Source of the DNA: Chloracidobacterium sp. | Lineage (GTDB): Bacteria > Acidobacteriota > Blastocatellia > Pyrinomonadales > Pyrinomonadaceae | DNA length: 64,000 bases | Direction of reading: 5' to 3' | NCBI GenBank assembly: GCA_016706275.1 | Contig: JADJJY010000005.1 | Span: 14,641 to 78,640, forward strand | Part shown: one piece after another, positions 11,987 to 23,429 of the stretch | How the letters are laid out: the number at the start of each line of letters is the position of its first letter | How positions within the stretch are numbered: the stretch's first letter is position 1 | The notes under the pieces: model-generated | Database searches by the model: none | The model's input: the letters and a program-made list of their open reading frames with translations, nothing else | Told to the model about the DNA's origin: nothing | Made by a program: the position numbers and the translations under genes

Positions 11987-12496
11987 TTACCCCAACTCTT
12001 CCACCTGCTTTCCACGCAATCTTGCAACTTCGAGCGGGTCCTTCATTCTCGTCAGGCCGTTAAAAGTTGCGCGAATGACGTTGTGCGGGTTGTTCGAACC
12101 AAGGATCTTGGTGCGAACGTTGTGAACGCCAAGCGATTGCAACACTGCACGCACGGCTCCACCGGCGATAACGCCAGTTCCCTCTGATGCCGGCTTGAGC
12201 AAGACGCGTCCTGCACCGTATTTGCCGATCAGTTCGTGTGGCAGCGTGCCATCGATAAGCGGCACACGGATCAGACTGTTTTTGGCTGCTTCGACCGCTT
12301 TCTTGATCGCGTTCGGCACTTCCTTTGCCTTTCCTGTTCCAAAGCCAACGTGTCCGGCCTCATCGCCAACGACGACCAATGCCGCAAACGACATATTCTT
12401 ACCGCCCTTAACGACCTTAGTGACTCGATTGATCGAGATCAACTGATCCTTGAGGAGCAAACCGCCCGGATTGATCTTCTTATTATTATTCATCAT
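11987..12496 (-). CDS. rpsE: 30S ribosomal protein S5
   Basis: 169 aa. ...[24 protein letters not shown]... Confidence 0.96.
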   Translation of the reverse strand: MMNNNKKINPGGLLLKDQLISINRVTKVVKGGKNMSFAALVVVGDEAGHVGFGTGKAKEVPNAIKKAVEAAKNSLIRVPLIDGTLPHELIGKYGAGRVLLKPASEGTGVIAGGAVRAVLQSLGVHNVRTKILGSNNPHNVIRATFNGLTRMKDPLEVARLRGKQVEELG

Positions 12497-12893
12497 TACC
12501 TTCTTGCTTTTCAGCCTTTGCAGCGGCTGCCTCGTGCTTGTTAAGTCCGGCCTCGCGGGTGGCGTCGATCAACGCTTTGACACGTCCGTGGAAAAGATAT
12601 CCGCCACGATCGAACACAACGGTCGAAATGCCTGCCTTTTGGGCACGCTCGGCGATCGCTTTACCCACCGACTTTGCCGCCTCGACATTACCACCGGCCT
12701 TGATGCCAAGCGCCTTTTCGGTTGTCGATGCCGTCGCCAACGTCGTTCCGCTCTGGTCATCAATGACCTGTGCGTAGATGTGGTTGAGGCTGCGGAAAAC
12801 CGCTAGTCTCGGCCTGTCAGCCGAACCGCGAACTTTTTTACGAATGCGGCTGTGAACACCTGCTCTGATGTCTGCTCTGCTTTTCTGTCCCAT
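12486..12893 (-). CDS. rplR: 50S ribosomal protein L18
   Basis: 135 aa. ...[20 protein letters not shown]...[15 protein letters not shown]... Short A/E/K-rich C-terminal tail. Overlaps the rpsE start. Confidence 0.95.
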   Translation of the reverse strand: MGQKSRADIRAGVHSRIRKKVRGSADRPRLAVFRSLNHIYAQVIDDQSGTTLATASTTEKALGIKAGGNVEAAKSVGKAIAERAQKAGISTVVFDRGGYLFHGRVKALIDATREAGLNKHEAAAAKAEKQEGNDE

Positions 12894-12901
12894 AACTCTC
12901 C

Positions 12902-12982
12902 GAGTTTATTGAGTCTTGAGTTCATTGAGTTGTGAGAACCATTTTTCTCAACGAACTCAGCAAACTCAATGCACTCTACGAA
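12902..12982. repeat. tandem-word hairpin, GAGTTC/TTGAGT family
   Basis: Left arm gagtttattgagtcttgagttcattgagttgtgagaa; right arm ttctcaacgaactcagcaaactcaatgcactctacgaac. rplR-rplF spacer. Confidence 0.7.
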
Positions 12983-13543
12983 CTATTTACCGGTTTTGCC
13001 CGGTTTCAATCTGTAATACTTATCCGCGTATCTCACGCCCTTGCCCTTGTATGCATCCGGCTTTCGCAGACGGTTCAATTCGGCCGCGACCTGTCCAAGC
13101 AATTGCTTATCGATGCCACTAAGCGTGATCGTCGTCTGATACTGGTTGATCGACGTCTTTGCATTTACACGTTCTGCCTTGGCTTCAACGCCGTCCGGCA
13201 GAGGGTAATCGATCGGGTGCGAATATCCGAGTGCAAACAGGATCTTTTTACCCTGCACGTCAGCCTTGTAACCGACGCCGACGATATCGAGATCCTTCGT
13301 AAACCCCTCCGTCACGCCGACGATCGCGTTATTTGCCAATGCTCTCGCCAGTCCGTGAAAGGCCGCAACATCGTCGCTCGCCCGCTCCGCCGTAAGTGTG
13401 CCGTCCTCTTGCTTAAAGCTGACGCCCTTAGGGATCGGACTACGCAATGTGCCTTTCGGCCCTTTGACTTCCATCTCCGATTCACTGATCGTCACGGTCA
13501 CGCCGGACGGGATCGAGATCGGTTTTTTTCCTACTCTTGACAT
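12983..13543 (-). CDS. rplF: 50S ribosomal protein L6
   Basis: I place the start at [15 protein letters not shown] (ATG 13541-13543). The track ORF begins 5 codons upstream. Confidence 0.95.
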   Translation of the reverse strand: MSRVGKKPISIPSGVTVTISESEMEVKGPKGTLRSPIPKGVSFKQEDGTLTAERASDDVAAFHGLARALANNAIVGVTEGFTKDLDIVGVGYKADVQGKKILFALGYSHPIDYPLPDGVEAKAERVNAKTSINQYQTTITLSGIDKQLLGQVAAELNRLRKPDAYKGKGVRYADKYYRLKPGKTGK

Positions 13544-13550
13544 ATATTCT

Positions 13551-13617
13551 AGTGACAAGTGACGAGTGACAAGTGACGAGTGAAAAACTATTCACTATTC
13601 ACTGTTCACTGCTCACT
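13551..13617. repeat. tandem-heptamer hairpin, GTGACRA / TTCACTR family
   Basis: Left arm agtgacaagtgacgagtgacaagtgacgagtga; loop aaaacta; right arm ttcactattcactgttcactgctcact. rpsH-rplF spacer. It ends 7 nt from the rplF ATG. Confidence 0.75.
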
Positions 13618-13618
13618 A

Positions 13619-14011
13619 TTAGTAAACTTCCGCTAGGATCTCGCCGCCGATGTGTGCCTGACGGGCCTGTTTGCCGCTCATAAGTCCCTGCGACGTCGAA
13701 ACGATATTTACGCCGTAGCCGCCGAGGACCTTAGGTATAGCGTCCGAGCCGACATAAACGCGGCGGCCGGGGCTCGATACACGCGATAAATGCGTGATCG
13801 ACGAAACGCCTTTGGCGTCGTAGCGAAGAAATACACGGATCATGTATTTCACGCCTTCGCCCTTGGTCGTGTAACTGTTGATGTAGCCCTCGTCTTTGAG
13901 GATGCGGGCCAATTCCATCTTTAACTTTGAGCCCGGGATATCAACGCGTGTGTGATTCGCTGCAATTGCATTGCGAATTCGCGTCAGCATATCGGCTATT
14001 GGATCTGTCAT
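13619..14011 (-). CDS. rpsH: 30S ribosomal protein S8
   Basis: 130 aa. MTDPIADMLTRIRNA... Confidence 0.97.
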   Translation of the reverse strand: MTDPIADMLTRIRNAIAANHTRVDIPGSKLKMELARILKDEGYINSYTTKGEGVKYMIRVFLRYDAKGVSSITHLSRVSSPGRRVYVGSDAIPKVLGGYGVNIVSTSQGLMSGKQARQAHIGGEILAEVY

Positions 14012-14076
14012 GTCTTAATAACTCCGTAAATATTATGGCGGTTCGGGCATTGTCGCCCGCCTGCCTTAATCAAAAC

Positions 14077-14382
14077 CTACCAGCTCGACTTAACAACGCC
14101 CGGGATCTGGCCTTCGAGGGCCAATTCACGCAAAGCGATGCGGGAAATACCAAATTTCCTCAAATAACCTCTCGACCGTCCCGTCTGCGAACAGCGGTTG
14201 CGGACCCTGATCGGGCTGCCGTCACGCGGCATCTTTTGCAGCTTGATAACGGCTGCATCGACTTCTTCGACCGTCGATTTAGGGTTATTGATGATTTTTT
14301 TTGCCTCCGCACGGCGGGCCGACCAGAGCTTGACCTTTTCCTTGCGGCGTTCGTTTGTAACTATTTTGCTTATCTTTGCCAT
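14077..14382 (-). CDS. rpsN: 30S ribosomal protein S14 (long, non-zinc form)
   Basis: 101 aa ending ...[31 protein letters not shown]. No CxxC pairs. Confidence 0.95.
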   Translation of the reverse strand: MAKISKIVTNERRKEKVKLWSARRAEAKKIINNPKSTVEEVDAAVIKLQKMPRDGSPIRVRNRCSQTGRSRGYLRKFGISRIALRELALEGQIPGVVKSSW

Positions 14383-14386
14383 TTTC

Positions 14387-14926
14387 TTATTGTCTGAACG
14401 GCATACCGATCGCTTTCAGCAGCGAGCGGGCCTCATCGTCATTTCGAGCCGTCGTGACGATCGAAATATTCATACCGCGGGTCTTATCGACCTTGTTAAA
14501 ATCGATCTCCGGAAAGATCAACTGCTCGCGAATACCAAGTGTGTAATTTCCGCGTCCGTCAAACGCCTTGCCTGAGATGCCGCGAAAATCGCGAACACGC
14601 GGCAGAGCGACTGAGATCAGACGGTCGAGAAATTCGTACATTCTCTCACCACGCAGCGTGACCATCGTGCCGATAGCCATTCCCTGACGCAGCTTGAAAG
14701 CCGCGATCGATTTTTTTGCTTTGGTAACAACGGGCTTTTGACCTGTCACAACTTTAAGCTCTTCGGTTGCGACATCCAGGATCTTAGCGTTTGCCGAAGC
14801 TTCGCCGAGTCCCATATTCACCACAACCTTTTCGATCTTGGGGATCGCCATCGGGTTTTTGATATCAAACTCTTTGGCCAAAGCCGGAGCGATCTCTTTT
14901 TTGTATTTTTCTCTTAATCTAGCCAT
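14387..14926 (-). CDS. rplE: 50S ribosomal protein L5
   Basis: 179 aa. [16 protein letters not shown]... Confidence 0.97.
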   Translation of the reverse strand: MARLREKYKKEIAPALAKEFDIKNPMAIPKIEKVVVNMGLGEASANAKILDVATEELKVVTGQKPVVTKAKKSIAAFKLRQGMAIGTMVTLRGERMYEFLDRLISVALPRVRDFRGISGKAFDGRGNYTLGIREQLIFPEIDFNKVDKTRGMNISIVTTARNDDEARSLLKAIGMPFRQ

Positions 14927-14982
14927 TTTCTTATCTTCCGTTTATTTGGGTCCCGGAAATATTCCGTTTCCAAACGATAAAA

Positions 14983-15423
14983 CTATTTCGTCTCTTCCGC
15001 CGGTGCTTCCTCATCCTCGACCGCTTTTTTACCTTCTTTCTTGGCCCAGGCGGTTTCCGGGATAAGCTTGCCGCTCTTAGCAACACGCACTTTCTTCCCA
15101 TCACGGATCTCGTATTTGACCTTGGTCGGCTTACCCGTTTCCGGATCGATCAAAGCAACGTTTGACGAGCTAACCCAAGCCTCTTGCTCAAATATGCCGC
15201 CTTCGCGGTTGAGCTGCGGTACCGGTTTGCGGTGACGTTTGACGATCATCGCACCCTCGACCTTGACCTTGCCCGCACGGGCATCGACCGCGATCACCTT
15301 GCCGCGATACGGCTGGCGAGTACCGGCGCTGTCATAACGGTTATATTCCTTGCCCGCTATAAACACGACTTGGTCGCCGCGCTTGATCCTGCTATTTACT
15401 GTTCCTGTCTTTTCCGTTTTCAT
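14983..15423 (-). CDS. rplX: 50S ribosomal protein L24 (C-terminal K/E/A-rich extension)
   Basis: 146 aa with a KOW motif (IKRGDQVVFIAGKE). Tail ...AKKEGKKAVEDEEAPAEETK. Confidence 0.94.
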   Translation of the reverse strand: MKTEKTGTVNSRIKRGDQVVFIAGKEYNRYDSAGTRQPYRGKVIAVDARAGKVKVEGAMIVKRHRKPVPQLNREGGIFEQEAWVSSSNVALIDPETGKPTKVKYEIRDGKKVRVAKSGKLIPETAWAKKEGKKAVEDEEAPAEETK

Positions 15424-15471
15424 TTCTTTATTCTTTTGACTGCCAACTGCTTACCGCTGACTGCCAACTGG

Positions 15472-15840
15472 TTAAATAACCTCTGGTGCCAATGACACGA
15501 TCTTCATGAAATTCCTTTCACGCAGTTCGCGGGCCACGGGGCCAAAAACACGCGTTCCGACCGGTGTGCCATCTTCTTTGATAAGCACGGCTGCGTTTTC
15601 GTCAAAGCGAATGTAGGTTCCGTCCTTGCGGCGAACTTCTTTTCGGGTTCTGACGATAACTGCGTTATAAACCTTTCCCTTTTTGGCAGTGCCATCGGGC
15701 GAAGCTTCTTTGACCGTCACCTTGATCGTGTCGCCGAGCCGTGCGATCTTTGCCGTCGAACCGCCGACCGGCATGATCATAACGACACGCTTTGCACCTG
15801 AATTGTCTGCGACCGTTAACGAGGTCTGCATCTGAATCAT
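15472..15840 (-). CDS. rplN: 50S ribosomal protein L14
   Basis: I place the start at [17 protein letters not shown] (ATG 15838-15840, 122 aa). The 25 upstream codons of the track ORF ([20 protein letters not shown]) are repeat-hairpin translation. Confidence 0.95.
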   Translation of the reverse strand: MIQMQTSLTVADNSGAKRVVMIMPVGGSTAKIARLGDTIKVTVKEASPDGTAKKGKVYNAVIVRTRKEVRRKDGTYIRFDENAAVLIKEDGTPVGTRVFGPVARELRERNFMKIVSLAPEVI

Positions 15841-15863
15841 AACTTTCTCACTCCGTTCGAAAA

Positions 15864-15930
15864 GTTCGTTGAGTTCACTGAGTTCATCGAGTTTCTTGAG
15901 TCTCAACGAACTCAATGAACTCTATAAACT
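15864..15930. repeat. tandem-word hairpin, GAGTTC/TTGAGT family
   Basis: Left arm gttcgttgagttcactgagttcatcgagtttcttgag; right arm tctcaacgaactcaatgaactctataaactc. rpsQ-rplN spacer. Confidence 0.7.
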
Positions 15931-16398
15931 CTATAACTCTGCTTTATGAAGGATCTCAACGACACGCCAACGCTTTCTTGCCGAAAGGGGCCGCGTTTCT
16001 ACGATCTTTACCTTATCGCCGATCTTTGCTCCGAGGTCGTCATGCGCCATAAATTTCTTGCGCTTTTTGACGTACTTGCGATAGATCGGGTGCTTGACGA
16101 GGCGGTCAACGCGGACGGTGACCGTTTTATCCATCTTGTCCGAAGCAACGATGCCGACCTTTTCAGCCCGCTTATTAACCTTTACCGTCGCGTCCGTTCC
16201 AGCGTCAGCCTTTTTCTCAGCCTTTGCTTTCGGTGCCTTGGCAGCTTTCTTCGGCTTTTCTTCGGCAGCAGTTGCTTCCACAACCGGTGCCGCTTCTTCG
16301 GCCTGAGCTTCGACTGCGATCTCTTCGACCACGGTCTCCTCAACGGCTGTTTCGACGCCTTCGGCTGCTATTTCTTCGTCTTTTTTCTTTCTTGGCAT
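15931..16398 (-). CDS. rpsQ: 30S ribosomal protein S17 with ~70-aa acidic/Ala-rich N-terminal extension
   Basis: 155 aa. The C-terminal ~85 aa ([41 protein letters not shown]...) are canonical S17. The N-terminus is [31 protein letters not shown]...[16 protein letters not shown]. Confidence 0.9.
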   Translation of the reverse strand: MPRKKKDEEIAAEGVETAVEETVVEEIAVEAQAEEAAPVVEATAAEEKPKKAAKAPKAKAEKKADAGTDATVKVNKRAEKVGIVASDKMDKTVTVRVDRLVKHPIYRKYVKKRKKFMAHDDLGAKIGDKVKIVETRPLSARKRWRVVEILHKAEL

Positions 16399-16416
16399 TA
16401 TATTTTCCCGTGCGGA

Positions 16417-16638
16417 CTAGGCTTTAGGGGCCTCTTCCTTCACATCTTTCTTATTAAGCAAGGTATAAACTCTCGCCAATGTCTTCTTTTCGCGGCGAAT
16501 GTCATTGACCGTTTCGCCAACACCCAAGGTCTTGCGGAATTTCAAGCGGAAAAGCGACTCTTTGAGTGCATCTGCCTGATCCTTAAGTTCCTCAGTGCTC
16601 ATACCTGTGAGCTGTTCGAGCTGTTCTTTGCGTTTCAT
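16417..16638 (-). CDS. rpmC: 50S ribosomal protein L29
   Basis: 73 aa; position between rplP and rpsQ. ...ELKDQADALKESLFRLKFRK... Confidence 0.93.
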   Translation of the reverse strand: MKRKEQLEQLTGMSTEELKDQADALKESLFRLKFRKTLGVGETVNDIRREKKTLARVYTLLNKKDVKEEAPKA

Positions 16639-16642
16639 CGTT

Positions 16643-17071
16643 CTAAACTACGCCTCCCTCGAGGTCTGCACGATTGACAAACCTTGTCTTGATCGGCAGC
16701 TTTTGAGCAGCGAGCCGAAAAGCTTCTCGTGCTAATGTTTCTTCAACTCCCTGGATCTCATACAAGGTGCGGCCCGGTTTGACCACGGCAACCCAGTGAT
16801 CTGGTGCACCTTTACCGGAACCCATTCGAGTTTCGGCCGGTTTCTTGGTGATGGGTTTATCCGGGAACATTCTGATCCAGATCTTGCCGCCACGTTTGAC
16901 GTGACGCGTCATTGCGATACGGGCCGCTTCGATCTGGCGGTCAGTGATCCACGCCGCTTCTAATGTCATAAGACCAAAATCACCAAAGCTGAGCTTTTCG
17001 CCGCGTGTCGCTTTTCCGCGCATACGGCCTTTCATTACTCTGCGGCGTTTGACCTTTTTAGGCTGTAACAT
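16643..17071 (-). CDS. rplP: 50S ribosomal protein L16
   Basis: 142 aa. [24 protein letters not shown]... Confidence 0.97.
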   Translation of the reverse strand: MLQPKKVKRRRVMKGRMRGKATRGEKLSFGDFGLMTLEAAWITDRQIEAARIAMTRHVKRGGKIWIRMFPDKPITKKPAETRMGSGKGAPDHWVAVVKPGRTLYEIQGVEETLAREAFRLAAQKLPIKTRFVNRADLEGGVV

Positions 17072-17122
17072 AACTTCTCCGGTTCCGGCTGCCTACTGCG
17101 GCTGCCTAATACTTACAAATAT

Positions 17123-17854
17123 TTATCGGCGATCGTCCCGTCTCGGACGTCTTTCTCTCATCGCATTTCGGTCGACCTTGACCTCGTTCATCGGGTCGGT
17201 AGTCGTTCCGCGTGCCATCGAAGCATTTGGGTCGAGGATCTCACCGCGATAGATCCACACCTTGACACCGATGATGCCAAATGTGGTCAAGGCCTCAGCG
17301 AATCCAAAATCGATATCGGCACGCAAGGTGTGCAGCGGCAAGCGGCCCTGTAGCGACCATTCGGTTCTGGCGATCTCAGCACCGTTCAAACGGCCGGCGA
17401 TCATAACCTTGATGCCCTGTGCTCCAAAACGAAGAGTTTCCTCGATCGTCTTTTTCATTGCACGGCGAAACATAATGCGTTTCTCGAGCTGCTGTGCGAT
17501 CTTTTCGGCCTGAAGCTGAGCGTTAAGCTCTGGATGCTTGATCTCAAGGATCGAAACCATCACTTCGCGGCCGGTCTTTCTCTCAAGCTCCTCGCGAAGA
17601 GCATCGATCTCAGCACCTTTGCGGCCAATGATGATACCCGGACGCGAAGTGTAAATGACGATCTTCAAACGGGTGGCTGCACGCTCAATATCGATGTGCG
17701 AGACACCGCCGCCGGCGAATTTCTTCTTCAGATCACGCTTGATCTGTAGATCCTCAGCGAGAAATGCGGCGTATTCCTGTTTCGCAAACCAGTGCGAGTG
17801 CCAATCTTTGTTGTATCCGACCCTAAAGCCGTATGGATGTACCTTCTGTCCCAT
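17123..17854 (-). CDS. rpsC: 30S ribosomal protein S3
   Basis: 243 aa. [24 protein letters not shown]... Confidence 0.97.
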   Translation of the reverse strand: MGQKVHPYGFRVGYNKDWHSHWFAKQEYAAFLAEDLQIKRDLKKKFAGGGVSHIDIERAATRLKIVIYTSRPGIIIGRKGAEIDALREELERKTGREVMVSILEIKHPELNAQLQAEKIAQQLEKRIMFRRAMKKTIEETLRFGAQGIKVMIAGRLNGAEIARTEWSLQGRLPLHTLRADIDFGFAEALTTFGIIGVKVWIYRGEILDPNASMARGTTTDPMNEVKVDRNAMRERRPRRDDRR

Positions 17855-17864
17855 AATTAACCTA

Positions 17865-18611
17865 TTACTGTCGTTCGAGGTCCTCGTTGATCTTTTCTTG
17901 AGCTTCGTCAGCCGGCTTTGTTTCGTTCAATGTAGCGGTGGTCTGCGTTTCAACATTCTTAGCGTCCGCAACCTCAGCATCACCCTCTGCGGCCTGATCG
18001 GCAGCAGCTGCCTCGACCGTCGTTTCCTCGACTGTTTCTGCTACTGTTTCGACCGGAGCGGTTTCAACCGCGACTGTCTCGACTACCTCTTCGACCGGTG
18101 CCGCCACGACCTCTTCGGCCAGAGGCTTTTTGGTCTCGGCCTTTTCGGTCTTAGCTTTCTTTGTGTCTTTACCGGCAGCCTTAGCGGCAAGCTTCTTGCC
18201 GACCGGCCTGTTAGCCATCGACGCGGCGATTGCCAATTCCTTTTCAGTCTTAGGCTTTTCTTCGCTCGTCACGTGGATCGTGATGTGGCAATAATGCCTC
18301 TGCTCACGATATGCACGTCCCTGCGGAGCCGGACGCATGCGGCTGCGGTGTTTGTGCGGCCCCATATCGACAAAGCAAAGCTTGATCCATAGATCGTCCG
18401 GATCGATAGCGATGTTTTCATTCTCCGCCTTGAACGTCGCGTTGGCAATTGCCGAATTCAGGCACTGAGCGATCGGGTCTGCCGCACGCTTGTCCGTAAA
18501 CTTAAGGATCGACAAGGCTCTCGATACTCTCACGCCGCGGATCAGATCGATCACGAGCCGCGCTTTGCGAGGGCTGCCTTTCAGATATTTTGTTTTTGCT
18601 ACAGCTTCCAT
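17865..18611 (-). CDS. rplV: 50S ribosomal protein L22 with ~130-aa K/A/E/V/T-rich C-terminal extension
   Basis: 248 aa. The first ~115 aa are L22 ([26 protein letters not shown]...). The tail has [28 protein letters not shown]-type repeats. Confidence 0.92.
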   Translation of the reverse strand: MEAVAKTKYLKGSPRKARLVIDLIRGVRVSRALSILKFTDKRAADPIAQCLNSAIANATFKAENENIAIDPDDLWIKLCFVDMGPHKHRSRMRPAPQGRAYREQRHYCHITIHVTSEEKPKTEKELAIAASMANRPVGKKLAAKAAGKDTKKAKTEKAETKKPLAEEVVAAPVEEVVETVAVETAPVETVAETVEETTVEAAAADQAAEGDAEVADAKNVETQTTATLNETKPADEAQEKINEDLERQ

Positions 18612-18615
18612 AACA

Positions 18616-18698
18616 GTTGTCTGTTGTCGGTTGTCGGTTGTCAGTTGTCAATGATTGTCTTTTCCGACAACTGACTACTGGCTACTGACTTCTGACTA
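18616..18698. repeat. tandem-heptamer hairpin, GTTGTCR / CTGACTA family
   Basis: Left arm gttgtctgttgtcggttgtcggttgtcagttgtca; right arm gacaactgactactggctactgacttctgacta. It fills the rpsS-rplV spacer and ends 4 nt from the rplV ATG. Confidence 0.75.
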
Positions 18699-18989
18699 CT
18701 ATTTCCTCTTAGCCATCTTCTCCGCTTTAGTACCCGGGTGGCCCTTAAACATACGCGTCGGCGAAAACTCACCAAGCTTGTGGCCGACCATATTCTCGGT
18801 AACAAATACCGGGATATGGCGTTTGCCGTTGTGAACGCCAAAGGTCAATCCGACCATTTCCGGCGTGATCGTCGAGCGTCGCGACCAAGTTTTGATCGCC
18901 TGCGGTTTCGGACCTCCGTCCGAGATACGTCGCAGCATCTTTTGAACGCTGAGATCGATAAATGGTCCTTTCTTTAATGAACGTGGCAT
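18699..18989 (-). CDS. rpsS: 30S ribosomal protein S19
   Basis: 96 aa. [15 protein letters not shown]... Confidence 0.97.
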   Translation of the reverse strand: MPRSLKKGPFIDLSVQKMLRRISDGGPKPQAIKTWSRRSTITPEMVGLTFGVHNGKRHIPVFVTENMVGHKLGEFSPTRMFKGHPGTKAEKMAKRK

Positions 18990-19024
18990 ATCTTTTTCTT
19001 AAGTATCAAACCTGAGATTTGAAA

Positions 19025-19855
19025 TTACTTTCTCCTCCGGTCTTTAACAATCATATTATCCGTCCGCTTATTGCGGCGTGTCTTATAACCGCGAGTCGGT
19101 TTACCCCAAGGGGTTACCGGATTACGTCCGCCTGATGTTTTACCTTCGCCACCGCCGTGGGGGTGGTCGACCGGGTTCATAGCGACGCCGCGAACCTTAG
19201 GACGTTTTCCCATCCAGCGTGAACGTCCGGCTTTACCAAGTGAAACATTTTCATGCTCGGTGTTGCCGACCTGTCCGACTGTCGCCATACAGACGACCGG
19301 AACTTTGCGAACCTCTCCCGAAGGCATTCTGAGCTGTGCGTGATCGCCCTCTTTAGCAACGATCTGTGCAAAACCACCAGCCGAGCGAACCATCTGGCCG
19401 CCTTTCCCCGGACGCAATTCAATATTATGAACCTGTGTACCGAGCGGGATATTTTTGATCGGCAAAGCGTTACCCGGCAAAATATCGGCATCTTCGCCGC
19501 TCACGATCATCGTTCCGACCGTTAACCCAACAGGTGCGAGAATGTATCTCTTCTCACCGTCGAGATAATTGATCAACGCGATGTGCGAGCTGCGGTTCGG
19601 ATCGTACTCAAGCTGAGCGACCTTGCCCGGAATACCCGATTTATCGCGTTTGAAATCGATAATACGGTAATGACGCTTATGTCCTCCGCCGCGACGTCGA
19701 ACCGTGATACGGCCGTCGTTGTTGTGGCCGGAAATTTTCTTTTTCGGCTCGAGCAGTGATTTTTCGGGTACTGCCCCTTTAGTCAACTCATCGCGGGTCA
19801 GGTACGTTTGATAACGCCTGGCCGGTGATGTCGGTTTTAATCTCTTGATTCCCAT
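19025..19855 (-). CDS. rplB: 50S ribosomal protein L2
   Basis: 276 aa. ...[15 protein letters not shown]... Confidence 0.97.
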   Translation of the reverse strand: MGIKRLKPTSPARRYQTYLTRDELTKGAVPEKSLLEPKKKISGHNNDGRITVRRRGGGHKRHYRIIDFKRDKSGIPGKVAQLEYDPNRSSHIALINYLDGEKRYILAPVGLTVGTMIVSGEDADILPGNALPIKNIPLGTQVHNIELRPGKGGQMVRSAGGFAQIVAKEGDHAQLRMPSGEVRKVPVVCMATVGQVGNTEHENVSLGKAGRSRWMGKRPKVRGVAMNPVDHPHGGGEGKTSGGRNPVTPWGKPTRGYKTRRNKRTDNMIVKDRRRK

Positions 19856-19901
19856 AATTCCTGCTCTGTAATTTCAAATTTCAAATTTGAGATCACAAAT
19901 T

Positions 19902-20231
19902 CTATATCGCTTCTGCGTAATCAACCATCGGCTCGCCTTTTCTCAAGGTCACATAAGCCTTTTTCCAAGCCGGACGGCGTCCTTCGATCCGTCCACGCTT
20001 TTTAACTTTTCCGTCGTACTGAACCGTGCGGACCGCTGCGACCTTTACATTAAAGATCTCTTCGATAGCGGCCTTGATCGCCGGCTTTGTAGCCTTTTTG
20101 TCGACCTTAAAGGTCAATACCTGCCCGGCCTTGCGTCCACTATCTTCGTCCGTCGAATCTTCTTTCAGAATGACGCTCTTTTCAGTGACGACTGGCGATT
20201 TCAAAATGTCCCAAACACCTAAATTACTCAT
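19902..20231 (-). CDS. rplW: 50S ribosomal protein L23
   Basis: 109 aa. ...[13 protein letters not shown]...; between rplD and rplB. Confidence 0.94.
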   Translation of the reverse strand: MSNLGVWDILKSPVVTEKSVILKEDSTDEDSGRKAGQVLTFKVDKKATKPAIKAAIEEIFNVKVAAVRTVQYDGKVKKRGRIEGRRPAWKKAYVTLRKGEPMVDYAEAI

Positions 20232-21066
20232 TGTCAGTCGCCTCCTCGGTGGCTTCTACGGCCGGAGCTTCTTTCTCAGCCTTAGGGGCTTTTTCCGCTT
20301 TTGGCTTTGCTTCCTTCTTAGCTTTTGGCTTCTCTTCGACCGCTGCCTCTGCTGCCGCAGGTGCCGCTTTCTTTGCCTTCGGCTTTGCTTCCACAGCCTC
20401 AACTTCGGAAGCAGTGCCTTCACGTTTTGGATCGAGCAATGCCGTCAATTCTTCAAGAGCGGCTTTCGAGATAAGCAGTTTCTCGTGATAGATGATGTCG
20501 TAGATGTTCAACCCGAAACTATTCGTGACCTTGGTCTTTTCGACATTTCGCGACGACAAGATCAGATTTTGATTATCAAGCGAATCGACGATCAGCGTCT
20601 TGACCGGCTTTTTGCTGGTCGCAAGAGCGAGTCCGCTGACAGCACCGACAAACTCACTGGTCTTTGGCGACTTGAATGTAAATTCGTCAATGATGAGCAG
20701 GTTGCCCTCACGCAATCTTTCCGACAGAGCCGAACGCAATGCACCGCGGCGCATTTTCTTAGGCATCTGATAGGACCAGTCGCGTGGCTGCGGGCCATGG
20801 ACGTTACCGCCGCCTTTCCACAAAGGCGATCGAAGCGATGCAATACGCGCACGGCCTGTTCCCTTTTGCTTCCAGAGCTTGCGGCCCGAACCGGAAACAT
20901 TACCGCGAGTTTTAGTCGCCGAAGTTCCCTGTCGGCCGTTGGCCTGATAGTTCATCACAGCCGAGTGGATGAGTGCTTCGTTCAATTCGACACCAAACAC
21001 GGCGTCCAGAAGCTCTACGTCCCCGACCTCTTTATTTTTTAAGTTGCGAACCTTTACGGTAGGCAT
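20224..21066 (-). CDS. rplD: 50S ribosomal protein L4 with ~70-aa A/E/K/P-rich C-terminal extension
   Basis: 280 aa. L4 core, then the tail ...[60 protein letters not shown]. Confidence 0.93.
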   Translation of the reverse strand: MPTVKVRNLKNKEVGDVELLDAVFGVELNEALIHSAVMNYQANGRQGTSATKTRGNVSGSGRKLWKQKGTGRARIASLRSPLWKGGGNVHGPQPRDWSYQMPKKMRRGALRSALSERLREGNLLIIDEFTFKSPKTSEFVGAVSGLALATSKKPVKTLIVDSLDNQNLILSSRNVEKTKVTNSFGLNIYDIIYHEKLLISKAALEELTALLDPKREGTASEVEAVEAKPKAKKAAPAAAEAAVEEKPKAKKEAKPKAEKAPKAEKEAPAVEATEEATDNE

Positions 21067-21084
21067 AATTTCTCACTCCGTTTC

Positions 21085-21126
21085 TTTGCGATCTCAGATC
21101 TCAAATTTGAGATCACATCGCAAAGC
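21085..21126. repeat. hairpin of the TCAAATTTGAGATC word family
   Basis: ctttgcgat ctcagatctcaaatttgagatcac atcgcaaag, with a perfect 9-bp outer stem. rplC-rplD spacer. Related words occur at 6740-6790, 11907-11986, 18990-19024, 19871-19901 and 23396-23427. Confidence 0.7.
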
Positions 21127-21131
21127 ATTAA

Positions 21132-21770
21132 CTAGGCCTTCTTGACCATTACAAGTCCGCCATTCGGCCCCGGTACAGCACCGCGAACCATAATAAGGTT
21201 GTTCTCGACATCGACACGTGCAATGGTCAAACCCTGCACGGTGACGCGGGCATCGCCCATGTGTCCCGACGAACGCGTACCTTTAATAACACGCGAAGGA
21301 TAAGCCGATTGGCCGATCGAACCCGGTGCACGAACGTTCATCGAACCGTGCGACTCAGGGCCGCGTTTGAAGTTGTGCCGTTTGATCGTACCGGCAAAAC
21401 CGCGTCCTTTTGATTTGCCGATGACATCGATCTTGTCGCCGTCCGCAAAGACGTCAACTTTGACCTGATCGCCAACCGCCGCGTCCGGCTCAGCCGTAAG
21501 GCGAAACTCTCTCAAAACACGGGTCGGAGGCGTGCCGCCGCCCGTTTTCTCAAAGTGCCCTTGCAGCGGCTTTGAAACATTTTTCAGACGGATCGGCTTG
21601 TCCTCAACGAGTCCAAGCTGGACGGCGTTATAACCGTCGCGGCCCGCCGCACTTTTAGTCTGGATGACGACACAAGGCCCCGCTTTGATGACCGTAACCG
21701 GAGTTACTGTTCCATCTTCAGCAAAAAGCTGCGTCATTCCGACTTTTCTACCAATGATTCCACTAATCAT
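21132..21770 (-). CDS. rplC: 50S ribosomal protein L3
   Basis: I place the start at [16 protein letters not shown] (ATG 21768-21770), with AAGGAA 6 nt upstream. The track ORF's extra 19 codons are repeat translation. Confidence 0.95.
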   Translation of the reverse strand: MISGIIGRKVGMTQLFAEDGTVTPVTVIKAGPCVVIQTKSAAGRDGYNAVQLGLVEDKPIRLKNVSKPLQGHFEKTGGGTPPTRVLREFRLTAEPDAAVGDQVKVDVFADGDKIDVIGKSKGRGFAGTIKRHNFKRGPESHGSMNVRAPGSIGQSAYPSRVIKGTRSSGHMGDARVTVQGLTIARVDVENNLIMVRGAVPGPNGGLVMVKKA

Positions 21771-21772
21771 AC

Positions 21773-21857
21773 GAGTTCCTTGAGTTTTGAGTCTTTTGAG
21801 TTCTTTGAGATTTTTTGAGCAGTTCACTCAATAAACTCTACGAACTCAACAAACTCC
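21773..21857. repeat. tandem-word hairpin, GAGTTC/TTGAGT family
   Basis: Left arm gagttccttgagttttgagtcttttgagttctttgagattttttgag; right arm cagttcactcaataaactctacgaactcaacaaactcc. rpsJ-rplC spacer. Confidence 0.7.
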
Positions 21858-21862
21858 TTAAA

Positions 21863-22183
21863 CTAATTCTTTCCGAACGCCTTGATCTCTACATCAACAC
21901 CGGCCGGCAGGTCCAATTTCATCAACGCATCGACCGTTTCGGCTGTCGGGTCGAGAATGTCCATCAAACGCTTGTGCGTTCTGATCTCAAACTGCTCACG
22001 CGATTTTTTATCAACGTGCGGCGATCTGAGGACCGTCCATTTATTCTTGATGGTCGGTAGGGGTATGGGACCTGCGATCCTCGCCCCTGTTCTCTTTGCC
22101 GTTTCTACGATCTCAGCGGTGGACTGATCCAAAACGCGGTGATCGTATGCTTTTAACTTGATGCGGATCTTTTCGTTTAACAT
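21863..22183 (-). CDS. rpsJ: 30S ribosomal protein S10
   Basis: I place the start at [21 protein letters not shown] (ATG 22181-22183, 106 aa). The longer track ORF overlaps the tuf 3' end. Confidence 0.96.
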   Translation of the reverse strand: MLNEKIRIKLKAYDHRVLDQSTAEIVETAKRTGARIAGPIPLPTIKNKWTVLRSPHVDKKSREQFEIRTHKRLMDILDPTAETVDALMKLDLPAGVDVEIKAFGKN

Positions 22184-22187
22184 ATTT

Positions 22188-23375
22188 CTATTCCACAATA
22201 TCTGACACGGTACCGGCACCGACTGTACGGCCGCCTTCGCGGATGGCGAAGCGGAGGCCTTTTTCCATGGCGATCGGTGCGATAAGCGTGATCTCCATCT
22301 GGATGTTGTCTCCCGGCATGACCATTTCGACTCCTGCCGGCAGGTCTGCGACACCGGTCACGTCCGTTGTTCTAAAGTAGAACTGCGGGCGGTAGCCTGT
22401 GAAGAACGGCGTGTGCCGGCCGCCTTCTTCCTTCGTCAAAACATAGGCCTCGGCCTTGAACTTCGTGTGCGGCGTGATCGAGCCCGGTTTGGCAATGACC
22501 TGTCCGCGTTCAATTTCCTTTCTTTCAACTCCACGGAGCAGCAGTCCGACGTTGTCGCCTGCCATACCCGAATCGAGCAGCTTCTTGAACATCTCGACGC
22601 CGGTCACAACTGAGTTGCGTGTCTCTTTGATACCGACGATCTCGACCGGTTCGTTGACGTTGATAACGCCACGTTCGATACGTCCCGTAGCAACTGTTCC
22701 GCGGCCCTGGATGGTGAAGATGTCTTCGACAGGCATCAGGAACGGTTTGTCTGTTTCGCGGGCAGGTGTCGGGATGAAATCATCTACAGCCTGCATCAAC
22801 TCATCGATCTTTGGCTCCCAGGCAGCGTCGCCTTCGAGGGCTTTCAAAGCTGAACCCTGGATGATCGGCGTATCGTCGCCGGGGAATTCGTACGAGCTGA
22901 GCAGCTCACGGATCTCCATGTCGACGAGCTCAAGCAATTCTGCGTCATCGACCATGTCGGCTTTGTTCATAAAGACGACCATCGAAGGCACACCCACCTG
23001 ACGTGCGAGCAGGATGTGCTCACGTGTCTGCGGCATCGGGCCGTCCGTCGCAGCAACCACTAGGATCGCTCCGTCCATCTGTGCCGCACCCGTGATCATG
23101 TTCTTGACATAATCGGCGTGGCCCGGACAGTCGACGTGTGCGTAGTGACGATTAGCCGTCTCATACTCAACGTGCGACGTCGCAATTGTGATACCACGAG
23201 CTTTTTCTTCAGGTGCGTTGTCGATCGAATCAAACGACCGAAACGTCATCTTTGCATTGTGCTTTGACATCACCTTTGTGATAGCCGCTGTCAATGTCGT
23301 CTTGCCGTGATCCACGTGACCGATCGTTCCAATATTCACGTGCGGCTTGCTGCGATCGAATTTCTCTTTGCTCAT
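22188..23375 (-). CDS. tuf: elongation factor Tu
   Basis: 395 aa. [31 protein letters not shown]... Confidence 0.98.
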   Translation of the reverse strand: MSKEKFDRSKPHVNIGTIGHVDHGKTTLTAAITKVMSKHNAKMTFRSFDSIDNAPEEKARGITIATSHVEYETANRHYAHVDCPGHADYVKNMITGAAQMDGAILVVAATDGPMPQTREHILLARQVGVPSMVVFMNKADMVDDAELLELVDMEIRELLSSYEFPGDDTPIIQGSALKALEGDAAWEPKIDELMQAVDDFIPTPARETDKPFLMPVEDIFTIQGRGTVATGRIERGVINVNEPVEIVGIKETRNSVVTGVEMFKKLLDSGMAGDNVGLLLRGVERKEIERGQVIAKPGSITPHTKFKAEAYVLTKEEGGRHTPFFTGYRPQFYFRTTDVTGVADLPAGVEMVMPGDNIQMEITLIAPIAMEKGLRFAIREGGRTVGAGTVSDIVE

Positions 23376-23429
23376 GACTTTCTCCTAAACTTAGCTATTT
23401 CAAATTTCAAATATGAAATTTCAGATTTC

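Noticed and set aside
22184-22354. N-terminal extensions of track ORFs for rpsJ, rplN, rplC, adk, infA, rplF and hpt
   Set aside because: The extensions overlap the upstream gene or translate repeat hairpins. Canonical N-termini ([52 protein letters not shown]) begin at internal ATGs that give family-typical lengths.
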